The notes under the pieces are model-generated. The model was not told the DNA's origin, did not search any database, and worked only from the letters and a program-made list of their open reading frames with translations. A stretch of 64,000 nt of DNA from Camelus ferus. Its lineage: Eukaryota. The DNA lies in NCBI RefSeq assembly GCF_009834535.1, contig NC_045698.1:14510001-14574000 (forward strand), given 5' to 3'. The translations under genes were made by a program, and so were the position numbers. Of the stretch, positions 51,590-64,000 are shown one piece after another. Each line of letters begins with the position of its first letter. The stretch's first letter is position 1.

Positions 51590-54500
51590 GGCCTATATGA
51601 TTACCAGTCTAAAGAAATAGATTCAGAAATGGGTTAACATACTTGACAAACAGGGTAACCATAAATCAAAAGTATACAATAGAGTCACAAAAATAAATTA
51701 AAAAAAAAAAAAACTCAAGCTAATGTAAAAGAAAAATAACAAAAAGCAAAAGGATAAACAAAAAAAGAAAAAGCAAGGAACAAAGAAGAAATACAAAATG
51801 AACTGGAAAACAAAGTTTAAAATGGCAACAAACACACATCTATTAATAATTACTGTAATTATCAATGGACTAAATGCTCATATCAAAAGACATAAAGTAA
51901 CAGAATGGATAATAAAACAAGAGCCTACAATATGCTGCCTGCAAGAGACCCACTTTAGAGTGAAGGATACACATAAATCAAAAGTAAGAGGATAGAAAAA
52001 GTTATTTTATACAAATGGAAATGACAAGAAATTGGGGTAGTAATACTCATGACACACAAAACAGGCTATAAAACAAAGGCCATAAAGAAAGATAAAGAAG
52101 GACACCATATAAGGATAAAAGGAGAAACACAAGAAGAGGATATTATACTCATTACTATATTTGCACCCAGTACAGAAGCACCTAACTATATAAAACAAAT
52201 ACTAACAGACAAAAAGGGAGAAATTAATGGGAACACAATAATAGTAAGATATTTAACACCCCAGTAACATCAATGAACAGATCTTCCAGACAGAAAATCA
52301 ACAAGGCAATGGAGATACTAAATGATACAATAGAACAGTTAGACTTAGTTGATATTTTCAGTACATTATACCTCCCCCAAAACAGAATATACATTCTTTT
52401 TAAGTGCACATTCTGGAGGATGGACCACATTCTCAGACACAAAAGAAGCCTCAAAAATTTAAGAGAATAGAAATTATTTCAAGCATCTTTTCTGCCACAA
52501 TGGCATGAGACTAGAAATCAACCACAGAAAGAAAAACAAGGAAAATAAATGACTGTATGGAGACAAAACAACAAGCTACCAAAAAAAGGGGAGTCAGCAA
52601 TGAAATCAAAGAAGAAATTGAGAAAACTGGTAATGAAAACACCACAAAAAAACCTATGGGATGTGTCAAAAGCAGCCCTACAAGGGAAGTTCAGAGCGAC
52701 ACAGGCCTTCCTCAAGAAACAAGAACAATCTCAAATAATCAATTTAAACTGCCACCTAAAAGAATTTTTAAAAAGAAGAACAAAGAAAACTTAAAGTCAG
52801 CAGAAAGAAAGAAATAATAAAGGTCAGGGAGGCAATAAATAAAATTGAGATTTAAAAAAAAAAGAAAAAAAAGTCATTCAAACAAAGAGCTGGGTTTTGA
52901 AAGAATAAACAAAATCAACAAGCCTCTGGACAGGCTCACCAAGAAGAGAGAGGACATGAATAAACAAAATAAGAAATGAAAATGGAGAAATTACAACCAA
53001 CACCACAGAAATACAAAAAAACCATAACAGAATACTATGAACAACTATATGGAAACTAACTGGATAACATAGGAGAAATAGAAAAGTTTCTAGAAAAAGC
53101 AGTCCACCAAAACTAAAACAAGAAATGGATCATTTGAACAGACTGATCATAGCAAGTGAAATAGAATCAGCAATAAAAAACTTCTCTGCAAAGAAAAGTC
53201 TGGGACCAGGTGGCTTCACTGGGGAATTCCACAAACATACAAAGAACTCATACCTATCGTTCTCAAACTCTTCCAAAAGATTGAAGAGGAAGGAATACTC
53301 CCGAACTCATTCTATGAAGTAGTAAAGAAACACTGACTTTCAAAATTACATCAAAAACAACAAAATACTTAGGAATAAACTTAACCAAGTTGGTGAAAGA
53401 TTTACACACTGAGAACTGCAAAACAATAATTAAGGAAATTAAAGATTACTTAAAGAAATGGGATGATATCCCATGCTCTTAGACTGGAAGAATTAATATT
53501 GTTAAAATGACCATACTACCCAAAGCAGTCTACAGATTTATTGCAATCCCTGTTAAATTACCCAGGGCGCTTTTCACAGAAATAGAACAAATAGTCCTAA
53601 AATTTACATGGAATCACACACACACACAAAAAAACCCCAAATTGCCAAAGCAATATTGAAGAAAAAGAAAGAAGCTGGCAGAATAACCTTCCCAGATTTT
53701 AGACAACAAGCACTACAAAGCTACAGTAATCAAAACAGCATAGTATTGGAACAACAACAGACATGTGGATCAATGGAACAGAATAGAGAGCCCAGAAATA
53801 AACCCACGCACTTACAGTCAATTAACCTTTGACAAATGAGGCAAGTATATACAATGGAGAAAAGACAGTCTCTTCAGCTAGTGGTGTTGGGAAATTTGGA
53901 CAGCCACATGGAAATCAATGAGTTAGAACACTCCCTCACACCATTCACAAAAATAAACTCAGAACGGCTTAAAGCCTTAAATATAAGAGAGACACTACAA
54001 ACGTCCTAGAAGAAAACATAGGCAAAACATTTTCTGACATAAATGTTAGCAATGTTCTAAGGCAGTCTACCCAGCCAATAAAAATAAAAGCAAAAATAAA
54101 CAAATGGGACCTAATTAAACTTATAAGCTTTTGCATAGCAAAGGAAGCCACAGACGGAACAAAAAGACAACCTACATAATGGAAAAAAAAATATTCTCAA
54201 ATAATAAGACTGGCAATAGCTTAATTTCCAGAATATACAAATAGATCATACAACTTAAAAAACAAACAAAAACAAACCAATAACTTAATCCAAAAATAGG
54301 CAGAAGACCTAAACAAGCCATTCTCCAATGAAGACATACAAATGGCTAATAGGCACAAGAAAAAATGCTCTATATCACTAATTATCAGAGAAATGCAAAT
54401 CAAAACTACAATGAGGTATCACTTCATACCAGGCAGGATGGCCATCATTCAAGTCCATAAACAATAAATGCTGGAGAGGCTGTGGAGAAAAGAGAACCCT

Positions 54501-55225
54501 CCTACACTGTTAGTGGGAATATAGTTTCATGCAGTCATTATGGAAAACAGTATTGGAGATTCCTCAAAAAACTAAAACTGGATTTACCCTATGATCCAAC
54601 AATTCCACTCCTGGAAATATATCTGGGGGGAGCTCTAATTCAAAAAGATACATGCACCCCAGTGCTCATAGCAGCACTATTTACAATAGCCCACTCATGG
54701 AAACAACCTAAACATTCATCAACAGATGACTGGATGAAGAAATTATTTATATATACACAATGGAATAGTATTCAGCCATAAAAAGGAATAAAAATGCCAT
54801 TTGCAGCAACATAGATGTACCTGAAAATCATCATTTTAAATGAAGTAAGCCAGAAGGAGAAAGAAAAATACCATATGATATCACTTATCTGTGGAGTACA
54901 AAAGAAAAAAAAAAGACAAATGAACTTATCTACAAAACAGAAACAGGCTCACAGACATAGAAAACAGACTGATGGTTACCATGGTGGAAAGAGATTGGTA
55001 TGGCATAAACTGGGAGTTCAAGTTTTGCAGATACTCACTATTGTACATAAAATAGATAAACTTGCTGTTTCTACTGTACAGCACAGGGAACTATATTCAA
55101 TATCTTATAGTAACCTATAATGAAAATGAATATATATATATATATATACATATGTGACTGAAACATTATGCTGTACACCAGAAACTAAGGCAACATTGTA
55201 AACTGAATATACTTCAATGAAAAAA
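51590..55225 (+). mobile_element. LINE-1, ~3.6 kb, 5'-truncated: inter-ORF spacer, decayed ORF2 with RT core deleted, 3'UTR
   Basis: ORF2 start at 51822 (MATNTHLLIITVIINGLNAHIKR...ICCLQETH, endonuclease domain); C-terminal DLPYDPTIPLLEIY...IAALFTIA; many stops and frameshifts. Confidence 0.97.
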
Positions 55226-57799
55226 GATTGTTCATTAGTATAACCCCAAAATCATAAATAGAAATATGTACATTTAGTTAGGATTGTGAGTTTAAAGTTG
55301 TGATATAATAAATAGAAAGCACTACCTTGTAAAGATGAAAGCTAGAACTCTGTATGTGACATGAATAAAAAAGTTAATATGTCAATCTATTGGTAACTTT
55401 AGATTAGATGATAGGGAAAATATAAACATTAAAGAGAATCATGGAAGTGCACAATACACCTTTAAGAGAGTATTTTGTTTTTTCATATCAAAAAGTTACC
55501 ATGTCTCAATTCAGTTACTTCAGGGATGCAGTCTTATGAAAGTTAACAGGTAACTCTGATTTCAAGAAATTGAATGAAGTTGGGATTTTGGTCCTGTCAT
55601 GCTAGTTGTCTGTTTCGTTTGTTTTGGGGTGGACTTGATTTTCTTTTAAATCAAATTAATTAAAAATGAGAAAAAGAAAAAATGAACAGCCTTTCCCTGA
55701 CATCCTAAATTAGCACACACATTGTGTCCTTTAGATGTTATTTCACATCATTGGTGTCATTGTGCTTAAAATGTCAGACCATGTAGAAAAAAGACAAAAT
55801 CTGGCTCTTTCTAAAGTGGTCAGTTCCCTGAGGATTCAGACATGGAGAAAACTAAGATTCATATTAAAAAATACAATTGGAAAGGAGGATTCAGACATTA
55901 CAAAATTGTTCTGAACTTTTTTAATGAGGAACTTAGCTATTGTTAAGGATGTGAGGACTCAGAGGAGTCAACTAGTATGAAGATTCACAAGTTACCACCT
56001 GCCAATATATGAACTTCTCGGTCATGAATTTATTTCTTTAAATTGATGTTTAGCTTGACACCCATTATTTCTTATACCTTAAGACAGTGAGTGATAAACT
56101 TTGTATCTGAGATCACAAACTCTTTGTCCTCCTGCAGAAAGTTTATACATTCCTCAGTTAATTTGTTAGCAGTTAACAACCCTCTCCTTGAGGGCACAGC
56201 CACCCAGGAGGCTGAGGGCAGCCTTGTAAGACCTAAGCACAGATCTAGATAGATGTTATGCTGTTTACCACATATTACCTTCTTTATCTTTGTTCTTAGC
56301 AGTCTCATTAGTTCTGTATTATTTTATTAATTTTATAAATGAGAAAAAATGTGTACAATGTTCAATTAACTCTTGCGAAGCCATTAAAAAAAACAGAATT
56401 AAATCCAAGTGTATAATTCAATAATTAAGAGGTTGAAGTAACCATGTAGTACGTGTGAAAACAACAGAAAAGTTGTCTCCACTTAATTCTTTTACAGTAT
56501 TCAGAAATACCACCTTAGGATATTCCAGAAAGGCTGTGAATACTATGACTTGGCTGAGCGTCAGCCACGGCTCGTCCAGGCAAATGGGTCTGCTGATGCA
56601 TGCCATAATCCACATTTTCGTAGAGTCTATATAAACTGGTTATTATTAAATACTGTTAACTCTGGGGGCATGCCCAGTGATTTTGTTTTTTTAAAAAAAC
56701 CTCAATTTTGATGTCTTGATTAAAACTGAAGAAATGTAAAATATAAATCGTCTCTCAAATGGAGGATGAGAGCAACAACTGTTAGGTTTCTTATACTATA
56801 TAGATGTTTTTTGGTATTTGTCTTGTATGGTTTTCTCTTTAATATTGCTAGATCTCATAACCACAGAGCTCCCTTACTTACTGTCTGATAGAAAATGTGC
56901 TGCAGACCCATGTGGTGGTAATTTTAAATAGAGTCATCCTAAATAATGACAAATAACGTTAGTTTCTACTGAGTGGCTATTATAGTATCAGTATTAAAAA
57001 ATTTGTATATGGCCACAACAGAACATTATGAACACACCAAAAAGCTGTAATATCTTTCTCTTATTTCAGGTAACACTATAAAATTAGCACTTACACACTA
57101 AAACAACCACAGACACCAAAGATAAACTCAGCAAAAGTGAGAGTAAATATATTCAGTTTATATTTAATTGGAAATAAAAACATGATAAATGGCATATATA
57201 AATATGTATTTGGAGAGATGATCTTAATGCAACTTTAAAATTACTTATATGCCTGCATGTTGGTATGAAGAAATAATTCAGGCTATAGTCATTAAAGATT
57301 ATAGAATAAAAATGTTAAAGGTGGATCATTAATAGTATTGACAAATATGAGAAAATCAACATTAAGTTATTTCTGACCACTGAAAAATTAGTATGAAGGA
57401 AAGGTAGAGAGAAAAAGAGGGAGGGAGCCAGTCAGCCCTAGGTGGTGACGCCAATCACTGAAGCAAAATTGGCCTTCTGGATGGATACTGAAAAAAACAT
57501 GGTAACACGATGGTGCAGCTGCAAAATGTTCTGATATCTGAATTCCATAAAATATCTCAAGTGTTTTATTGTTTTCTTTCTGTGAAAGATGGACTGTGGC
57601 TTCTAATGACTGATGGCTGAAGTCACAAAGTGGATATCTTTGCAAAATGAGGAAAGAAAGAACACGAAGGAAATAGCTGGATCTAAAATGCAGAATCTCT
57701 TAAAATATATTTGCCAATTTAATAGCATTTGGATGGATGGATCGAACTGTGTTAGAAATTAATCTCTGAACTCACTTTTGCACCAGAGATAAGTACTGA

Positions 57800-58070
57800 G
57801 GCTCTGAAGTATGGTAAATCTGGGTTCAAGTTCATTTCAAAGAATCTAAACCTATGAGACTTTGAGGAGGTATTTAAGCATCCTAGACTTCACTTTTCCT
57901 CATGTGTAATAATAATAATAATACATATCTCACTGGACTATTTGATAGATAAATAATATGTTTATTTAAAAACAATTCTTATGGTTACTGTGAAAATTAA
58001 CATGCGTATATGTATACTATTGGCTCACTATCTGGCGCACAGTAAAACCTTAATACATGCCTATTTGTGT
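57800..58070 (+). mobile_element. MIR SINE
   Basis: tctgggttcaagttc...cttcacttttcctcatgtgtaataataataat...tctggcgcacagtaaaaccttaatacatg. Confidence 0.6.
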
Positions 58071-58208
58071 TCTTCATCGCAGTGTTAAGCACCTAATTTT
58101 ATTTAATATTAGTAACTTTATTTAACCAGAGCATAGTAACAACCTTGAAGACAGAAGCTGTGGTTAGCTAATTTTAGGTACTCAATACATAGTCACTAAT
58201 CAGTTAGA

Positions 58209-58212
58209 TGTG

Positions 58213-58252
<40 letters not shown>

Positions 58253-58281
58253 TGTATGTATATGTGTGTGTGTGTGTATAT
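58209..58281. repeat. Compound (TG)n/(TA)n microsatellite
   Basis: Seen directly. Confidence 0.95.
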
Positions 58282-58528
58282 ATGTGTGTGTGTGTGTGTA
58301 TAATTTCTAGTCCTCCACAAACTTCTGGTGCTTGGCACAAATTCATCCATTTTCTAAGATAACAGAAATAAAGTATTTTTAACAAAACTTAAAACAGAAT
58401 AAAAAGACATAATGATTTAACTGTAAAAGCCACAGGAGTTATGCTGATTGCCATGTAAATAACAAACTCTGGACAATTATTCTACATGAGCCAAGGTAAA
58501 TTCTCTATGACTGCATGCCAAAAGACCC

Positions 58529-59080
58529 TGTTAGGGGCTGAACTGGGTGCTTCCAAAATTCATACGGTGAAGCCCTAACCACCAGTACCTCAGTGATTAT
58601 TTAGAAATAGGGCCTTTAAAGAGGAAATTAAGTCAAATTGAGGTAATTAGAATGGGTCCTAACCTAATCTGATCAGTGTCCTCATAAGAAGAGAAAATTT
58701 AATGGGGGAGGGTGTAGCTCAAGCGGTAGACCACATGCTTAGCATGCACGAGGTTCTGGACTCAATCCCTGGCATCTCCTCCAAAAATAAATATGTAAAC
58801 TTAATTACCTTCCCCTGCCAAAAAAAAAAAAAGAGAGAGAGAAAATTTAGACACACAAAGGGACACCAGGGTTATGCATGCACGGAGGCGAGACTATATA
58901 AGAACAATGAAAGGATGACCATCTATGAGACAAGGAGAGAGGCTGCAGGAAGAAGTAAATCTGTAGACACCTTGGTCTTGTATTTCCTCCAGAAATGTGA
59001 GAAATGTGAGAAAAAAATTATGACATTTAAGACACCCAGTCTGTGGTGTTTTCTTACAGCACAACCCAACCACATGATAC
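58529..59080 (+). mobile_element. MLT1 (MaLR) solo LTR interrupted by a SINE
   Basis: tgttaggggctgaactgggtgcttccaaaattcatacggtgaagccctaacc...gacaccttggtcttg...cccagtctgtggtgttttcttacagca. Confidence 0.85.
58704..58837 (+). mobile_element. tRNA-derived SINE (camelid vic-1-like), full length
   Basis: tRNA-like head gggggagggtgtagctcaagcggtagaccacatgcttagcatgcacgagg with A/B-box-like motifs; A-tail; 12-bp TSD agagaaaattta at 58690-58701 and 58838-58849. Confidence 0.9.
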
Positions 59081-60289
59081 CAAAAGATCAGAAGAAGAAA
59101 GAGGTGGGAACTGGTCCGGTAGAAACGGTATGTTCTGGGAAGATTAGAAATGTACTGATGTGGAAAACATGGGCGTAGTGGATATAAAAATGGAATGGTC
59201 ATTAAATCAACCACCTTAAATTGTACCCCTCCTGCCCACATGGCGTTCTCAATCCTCTTCCCTCTGTTATTCCTTTTCCATGGCACTGATTGCCTTCCAA
59301 AATACTATACAATATATTCATTTTCAACTTCTTTGCTTCCCCATGCCGAATAGGTAGGGCCTGGATTTTAGTTTGCTTTCCTGCCTAATTTCTTTTTCAA
59401 TGATAGGTACTCAAACCCCAGAATAGTGCCTGGCACTTAGTAGGTCAAAAAGACAATGAATAAATGAGCAGGTCCAGAGAGAAGAGACAACTACAGGGGT
59501 GGCTCTGAAAGTCAGAAACAATTGAGTGAGCTGGATAGTTTGGAAGAGACCCCTCCTGTTCAACCAAGGTCAAGTCAATACTGACAATCAGAGTGGCTTG
59601 CCCCGAAGTACAGCATTGCTCTGCCAAATATTTCTACTGAGTAGCTAGCAGAAAGAAATTTACCCTAACTCTTTCTGACCTTCAGAACTTATAAGGGAGT
59701 TTGTCTTAGAATAATTAAAAGTAAGAGATAAAACATAGAAAATGAAATTTTTAAAAAATCAATTGAAGCAATTCTTATGTTAATTTTTGTAAGTCTCTGT
59801 ATTTTCAAATTGAAAACCAAAGCTCTGCTAAGATGAAATACATATGATGCATGCTCAGTCATTTCCAAAATGTAATCCAGTTAAGAACACAAAAAATATC
59901 AAACAGTTAATTACTAGAGCCTGACCAAAGTAATTAGCCAATTACTAAAGAGCATGGAACTGTTTGCAGGAAATATAAAATTCTAGAGATTTTCTTATCA
60001 GAGAAGCGAGGCAATACATTCTGTGTCATCAGAGAAGTAAGAATTAAGATTTTTCTTTACACTAGCAAAGATGAAGAGGTCCTGGTACAAAGCTGCGTGG
60101 GGAGAATAGATGTGCTATAAATAGTAAATGGACTGAAGGGTCCTTTTTAATAGAAGAAACAGTGGTATAAAATGCTGGAAAGTAACTGGCCAATTTATGA
60201 AAAACACTGGCTTTCACAAAAATCCTTGCAGACTTTTATTTAAGGAATGCCAATTATGGTAATTCATTTAAGTAATATCATATGATTGA

Positions 60290-61549
60290 CATTATAAGCC
60301 TCCTAGAAGAAAACATAGGCAAAACATTATCTGACATAAATATTAGCAATGTTCCCCTAGGGCTGCCTACCCAGGCAACAGAAATAAAAGCAAAAATAAA
60401 TAAATGAGATGTAATTAAAATCATAAGCTTTTGTACAGCAAAGGAAACCATAAGCAAAACAAAATAACAACCTACATAATGGGAGAAAATATTTGCAAAT
60501 GATGAGGCTGACAGAGGCTTAATTTCCAGAATATATAAATGGCTCATACAACTTAATAGCAAAGAAACAAACAACCCAATCCCCCCAAATGGGCAGAAGA
60601 CCTAAACAAGTCATTCTCCAGTGAAGACATACAAATGGCCAATAGGCACAAGAAAAAATGCTCAATATTGCTGATTATCAGAGAAATGCAAATCAAAACT
60701 ATAATGAGGTATCACTTCACACCAGGCAGGATGGCCATCATTCAAAAGTCCATAAACGATAAATGCTGAAGAGGCTGTGGAGGAAAGGGAACCCTCCTAC
60801 ACTGCTGGTGGGAATGTAGTTTGGTGCAGTCATTATGGAAAACAGTATGCAGATTCCTCAAAAATCTAAAAATAGACTTACCCTATGATCCAGTAGTCCT
60901 ACTCTTGAGCATATATCTGGAGGGAACTCTAATTCAAAATGATACTTGCACCCCAATGTTCATAGCAACAGTATTTACAATAACCAAGACATGGAAGCAA
61001 CCTAAATGTCCATCGACAGGTGACTGGATAAAGAAGCTGTGATATATTCATACAATGGAATACTACTCAGCCATAAAAAGTAATGAAATAATGCCACATG
61101 CAGCAGCATGGTTGGACCTAGAGATTGTCGTTCTAAGTGAAGTAAGCCAGAAAGAGCAAGAAAAATACCAATGATATCACTTATATGTGGAATCTTAAAA
61201 AAAAAATACAAATGAAGTTATTTACAAAACAGAAACAGACTTACGGACATAGAAAACAAAATTATCGTTACCAAAGAGGGGAAAGGTGTGAGAAGGGATA
61301 AATTGGGAGTTCAAGATTTGCAGATATTAACTACTATATATAAAATAAATGGACAAGTTTATATCGTATAGCACAGGGAACTATATTCAATATCTTGTAG
61401 GAACTTATAATAAAAAAGGTTATGAAAATGAATATATGTCTATGTTTATGTATGAATGAAACATTATGCTGTACACCAGAAACTGACACATTGTAAACTG
61501 ACTATACTTGAACTAAAAACAAACAAACAAACAAACAAAAACAAGCAAA
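60290..61549 (+). mobile_element. LINE-1 3' ~1.26 kb with (AAAC)n tail
   Basis: ORF 60821-61042 ([14 protein letters not shown]...TCTPMFIATVFTITKTWKQPKCPS) is the ORF2 C-terminus; colinear with about 53995-55225. Confidence 0.96.
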
Positions 61550-64000
61550 CTGAAACCACTTCAAAAAACACCAGTTGCACTCTGTTTTTCTTTTTCAAAT
61601 TAAATTTAAATCAAGTGTGCATGATTTCATTGTGGGCTATGTTATAACTACAAGCTGGACTATCAACACACTAATCATTGCCTTTCACATCCCGTTCTCC
61701 TGCAGGTCATCCAGTTCCTTCCCCATGAATGCTACGGTGACCGTTTAGTCTGCCATCTAAACATGGATGCTTTTATTAATACTTATATTGGACCAGCAGG
61801 CATAAAGGTGACAATCCCATGAAAAGTAGAAGGTGTATTGGTCCTACCTCTCATTCTGAATATGAGCTATTATTTGCCTCCCCTTGTTAAAGACACAAAT
61901 ATTGCTAATTTAATGATATTTCTTTTTCTACCTCCAGTTAATTAATCCTCCCCGAATATTATAGCCAAGATTCCAAAGTGGACTTGCAATTAAATGTTAT
62001 TTTGTAATAGAAAGTATTTTAAACCTATTTTTTTATGTTTGGATGTTCTGAGTTAACACTGTTGAGTCCATTTAGAGGACAAGTGATCAAACCAAAAATG
62101 TATCTAAACATAAGCCATTTAAGTACTTTAAAAATTAAAGGTTAGTGCATTATTTGTAACTGCTTATATATTGTGGAAACATCCTGAGTGTACATTTAAA
62201 AAGCAGTTCTTCCAGGAATGTTTTTCAGAACTTTCAAAGGCTGACAGAATTCCTGCTTCAACTGGAAATTGTTAAAAAAAAAAAAAAATCCTCTGGGATT
62301 ATTGGAATGTGGAATATCTACCATTTGTGTTTTATTTTTTTGTCTCAGTTTTCCAGATGCCTTTAGTGTCTGTACGATGAAGGGCAGTTTCTAGTTGATC
62401 AACTGACATAAAATGCTTTGATTAACTTACTACTGTATTGCAATACTCCTTTGGAAATATTTTTAATTTGCTATTGAACTGAAATGCTCTTTCAGATCTA
62501 TTTTTTCCTAGAGATCAATGAAAAGTGACAAGTTTTTGAAAATAGGTAATCCACATAATTACAGAATTCAATTTGTAATAACAGAGATACACTTGCAAAC
62601 ACAGTAAATGATATGGAAGTGTTTACTGTGTAGAGAGGGTGGCAGCTTTTCATGATTAGATAGAATAATAATGTCATTATCAACAGGATTGTTACAAAGA
62701 TCATTACATATGCAACTATATCACAATCTGGCAAGACCCGCCCGTGAGACAGTAAACCTAACATTCAGATAAAATTTAACTGAAAATTTAAATACTGTTA
62801 TATGGGGGGAAAATCATTTTATTTAAACTGTTTAGCAATCAAGTTTTTAATTTTAAAAATGTTTAAAGTTTTCAAAACCCTGTTATGAAGAGAACTGTCA
62901 AAGTTGCATATATTTTTATATTACTCATTTAATCCTATCAAAGGATATACTTTATTATATATTACGTGACATTTACTCTATTAAGACCTTTTTTGGATCG
63001 TATTTACTCAAGAAATCCTCGGGTTCTATATCACATGCTAATGACTTAGGCAAGCTAGAGAATCTCTGTTGCTCAGTGCAAACTTGATAGAGGGAAACAT
63101 GTGAAAACCATTGTGAAAAATCTCAGCGCCCATCCTTGGTTGTACAGAATAATCCTGATCTAAGAGTTCTGAGCCCCAGTATCCACCTCTCTCTCCCCAA
63201 AGACTGAGGACGAATAATTTCCAAAGCCTTCATAACAAGCACCTTGTCAGCAGGAGGATCCCGGGGCCTCTTCAGGCTAATCTGGCAGGCGTTTGACAGT
63301 CCTGATGCTAACTAGGATCTTGGGCTTTGCAGAATGTGCAACAAAATGATTTGTGTTTCTAGTCTCTCTGCTAATACAGATGAGAAAATTCTATGGCTCA
63401 ACGGGTTTTGCAAACTTTTGGCTTGCTGTCAATTACCAGACCACACTAGAGATAGCTGAGAGACAGAGAGTGGGAGAGCTTAGATAAGTGGAGAGAAGAA
63501 TCCCTTTAATTTTCTCCATCTCACTTTCTCTCTAACATGTGTGTACGTGTGTGTGTGCATACGTATTATTTTCCATAGTGTGAAATTAAAACATTACAGA
63601 CACTGTAAAATCATCATCGTAATTAGAGCCATGTAGCCGAAACTGTAACAACATGCATATCCCAGGTACACCAATTAGTTAAATTTATATTTTTCAAAGT
63701 GGAAGTGGAGCTTTGCTTTTAATTTTAAAAATGACAGCATCATCACTTAAAAATACAGAAAAACAATTAGACAATTAGAATCTCAATTCCAAAATTGTTT
63801 TTATACATAATTTAAAAACAATTTTGCACATATGTGTGTGTGTCTGTCTGAATGGTTCACGTGCCCTTCTTGAGAAGAGAGTTTCATTTGCAAAATATTC
63901 CTAGACTTCCTTTACTCCTCATTAATTCATCCCCAAGTAAGAAGACGTAACTTGACTTGACTTGACTGGCGAGTTGGAATTTAAAAAATGCAGGAAGCGT

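Noticed and set aside
58704..58780. Possible tRNA gene
   Set aside because: It has a SINE tail, poly(A) and TSD, so it is a tRNA-derived SINE.
58702..59178. 158-aa ORF
   Set aside because: Read-through of a SINE plus MLT1 LTR; not a gene.
1..64000. CRISPR arrays, operons, rRNA or other prokaryotic-type systems
   Set aside because: The sequence is mammalian; no regularly spaced repeat-spacer array or gene-dense region was seen.

Overview
This is AT-rich mammalian nuclear DNA, intronic or intergenic. It is probably camelid: it carries a vic-1-like tRNA-derived SINE and cetartiodactyl-type L1 3' ends, and I saw no Alu, BovB/Bov-A or PRE-1. I could not recognise any host protein-coding gene. 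The only ORF-track entries with real homology are decayed L1 ORF2 and Tigger1 transposase pieces. Much of the window is interspersed repeat: five younger L1 copies, older L1M/L2/MIR, Tigger1, a Tigger-type MITE, MER5A/MER3-like hAT relics, and MLT1, LTR16-like and ERV1-like LTRs. The best-supported unusual item is a tailless, TSD-flanked retrocopy of the 5' half of tRNA-Cys(GCA), ending in the anticodon (36758-36793). Other items are several very small retro-insertions (a headless SINE, a solo poly(A), and an orphan poly(A)-tailed segment inside a MIR), an L1 lacking its RT core, and a few speculative exon or splice signals. Repeat family names come from my recall of consensus sequences, and old-repeat boundaries are approximate. 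I found no convincing new multi-gene system.
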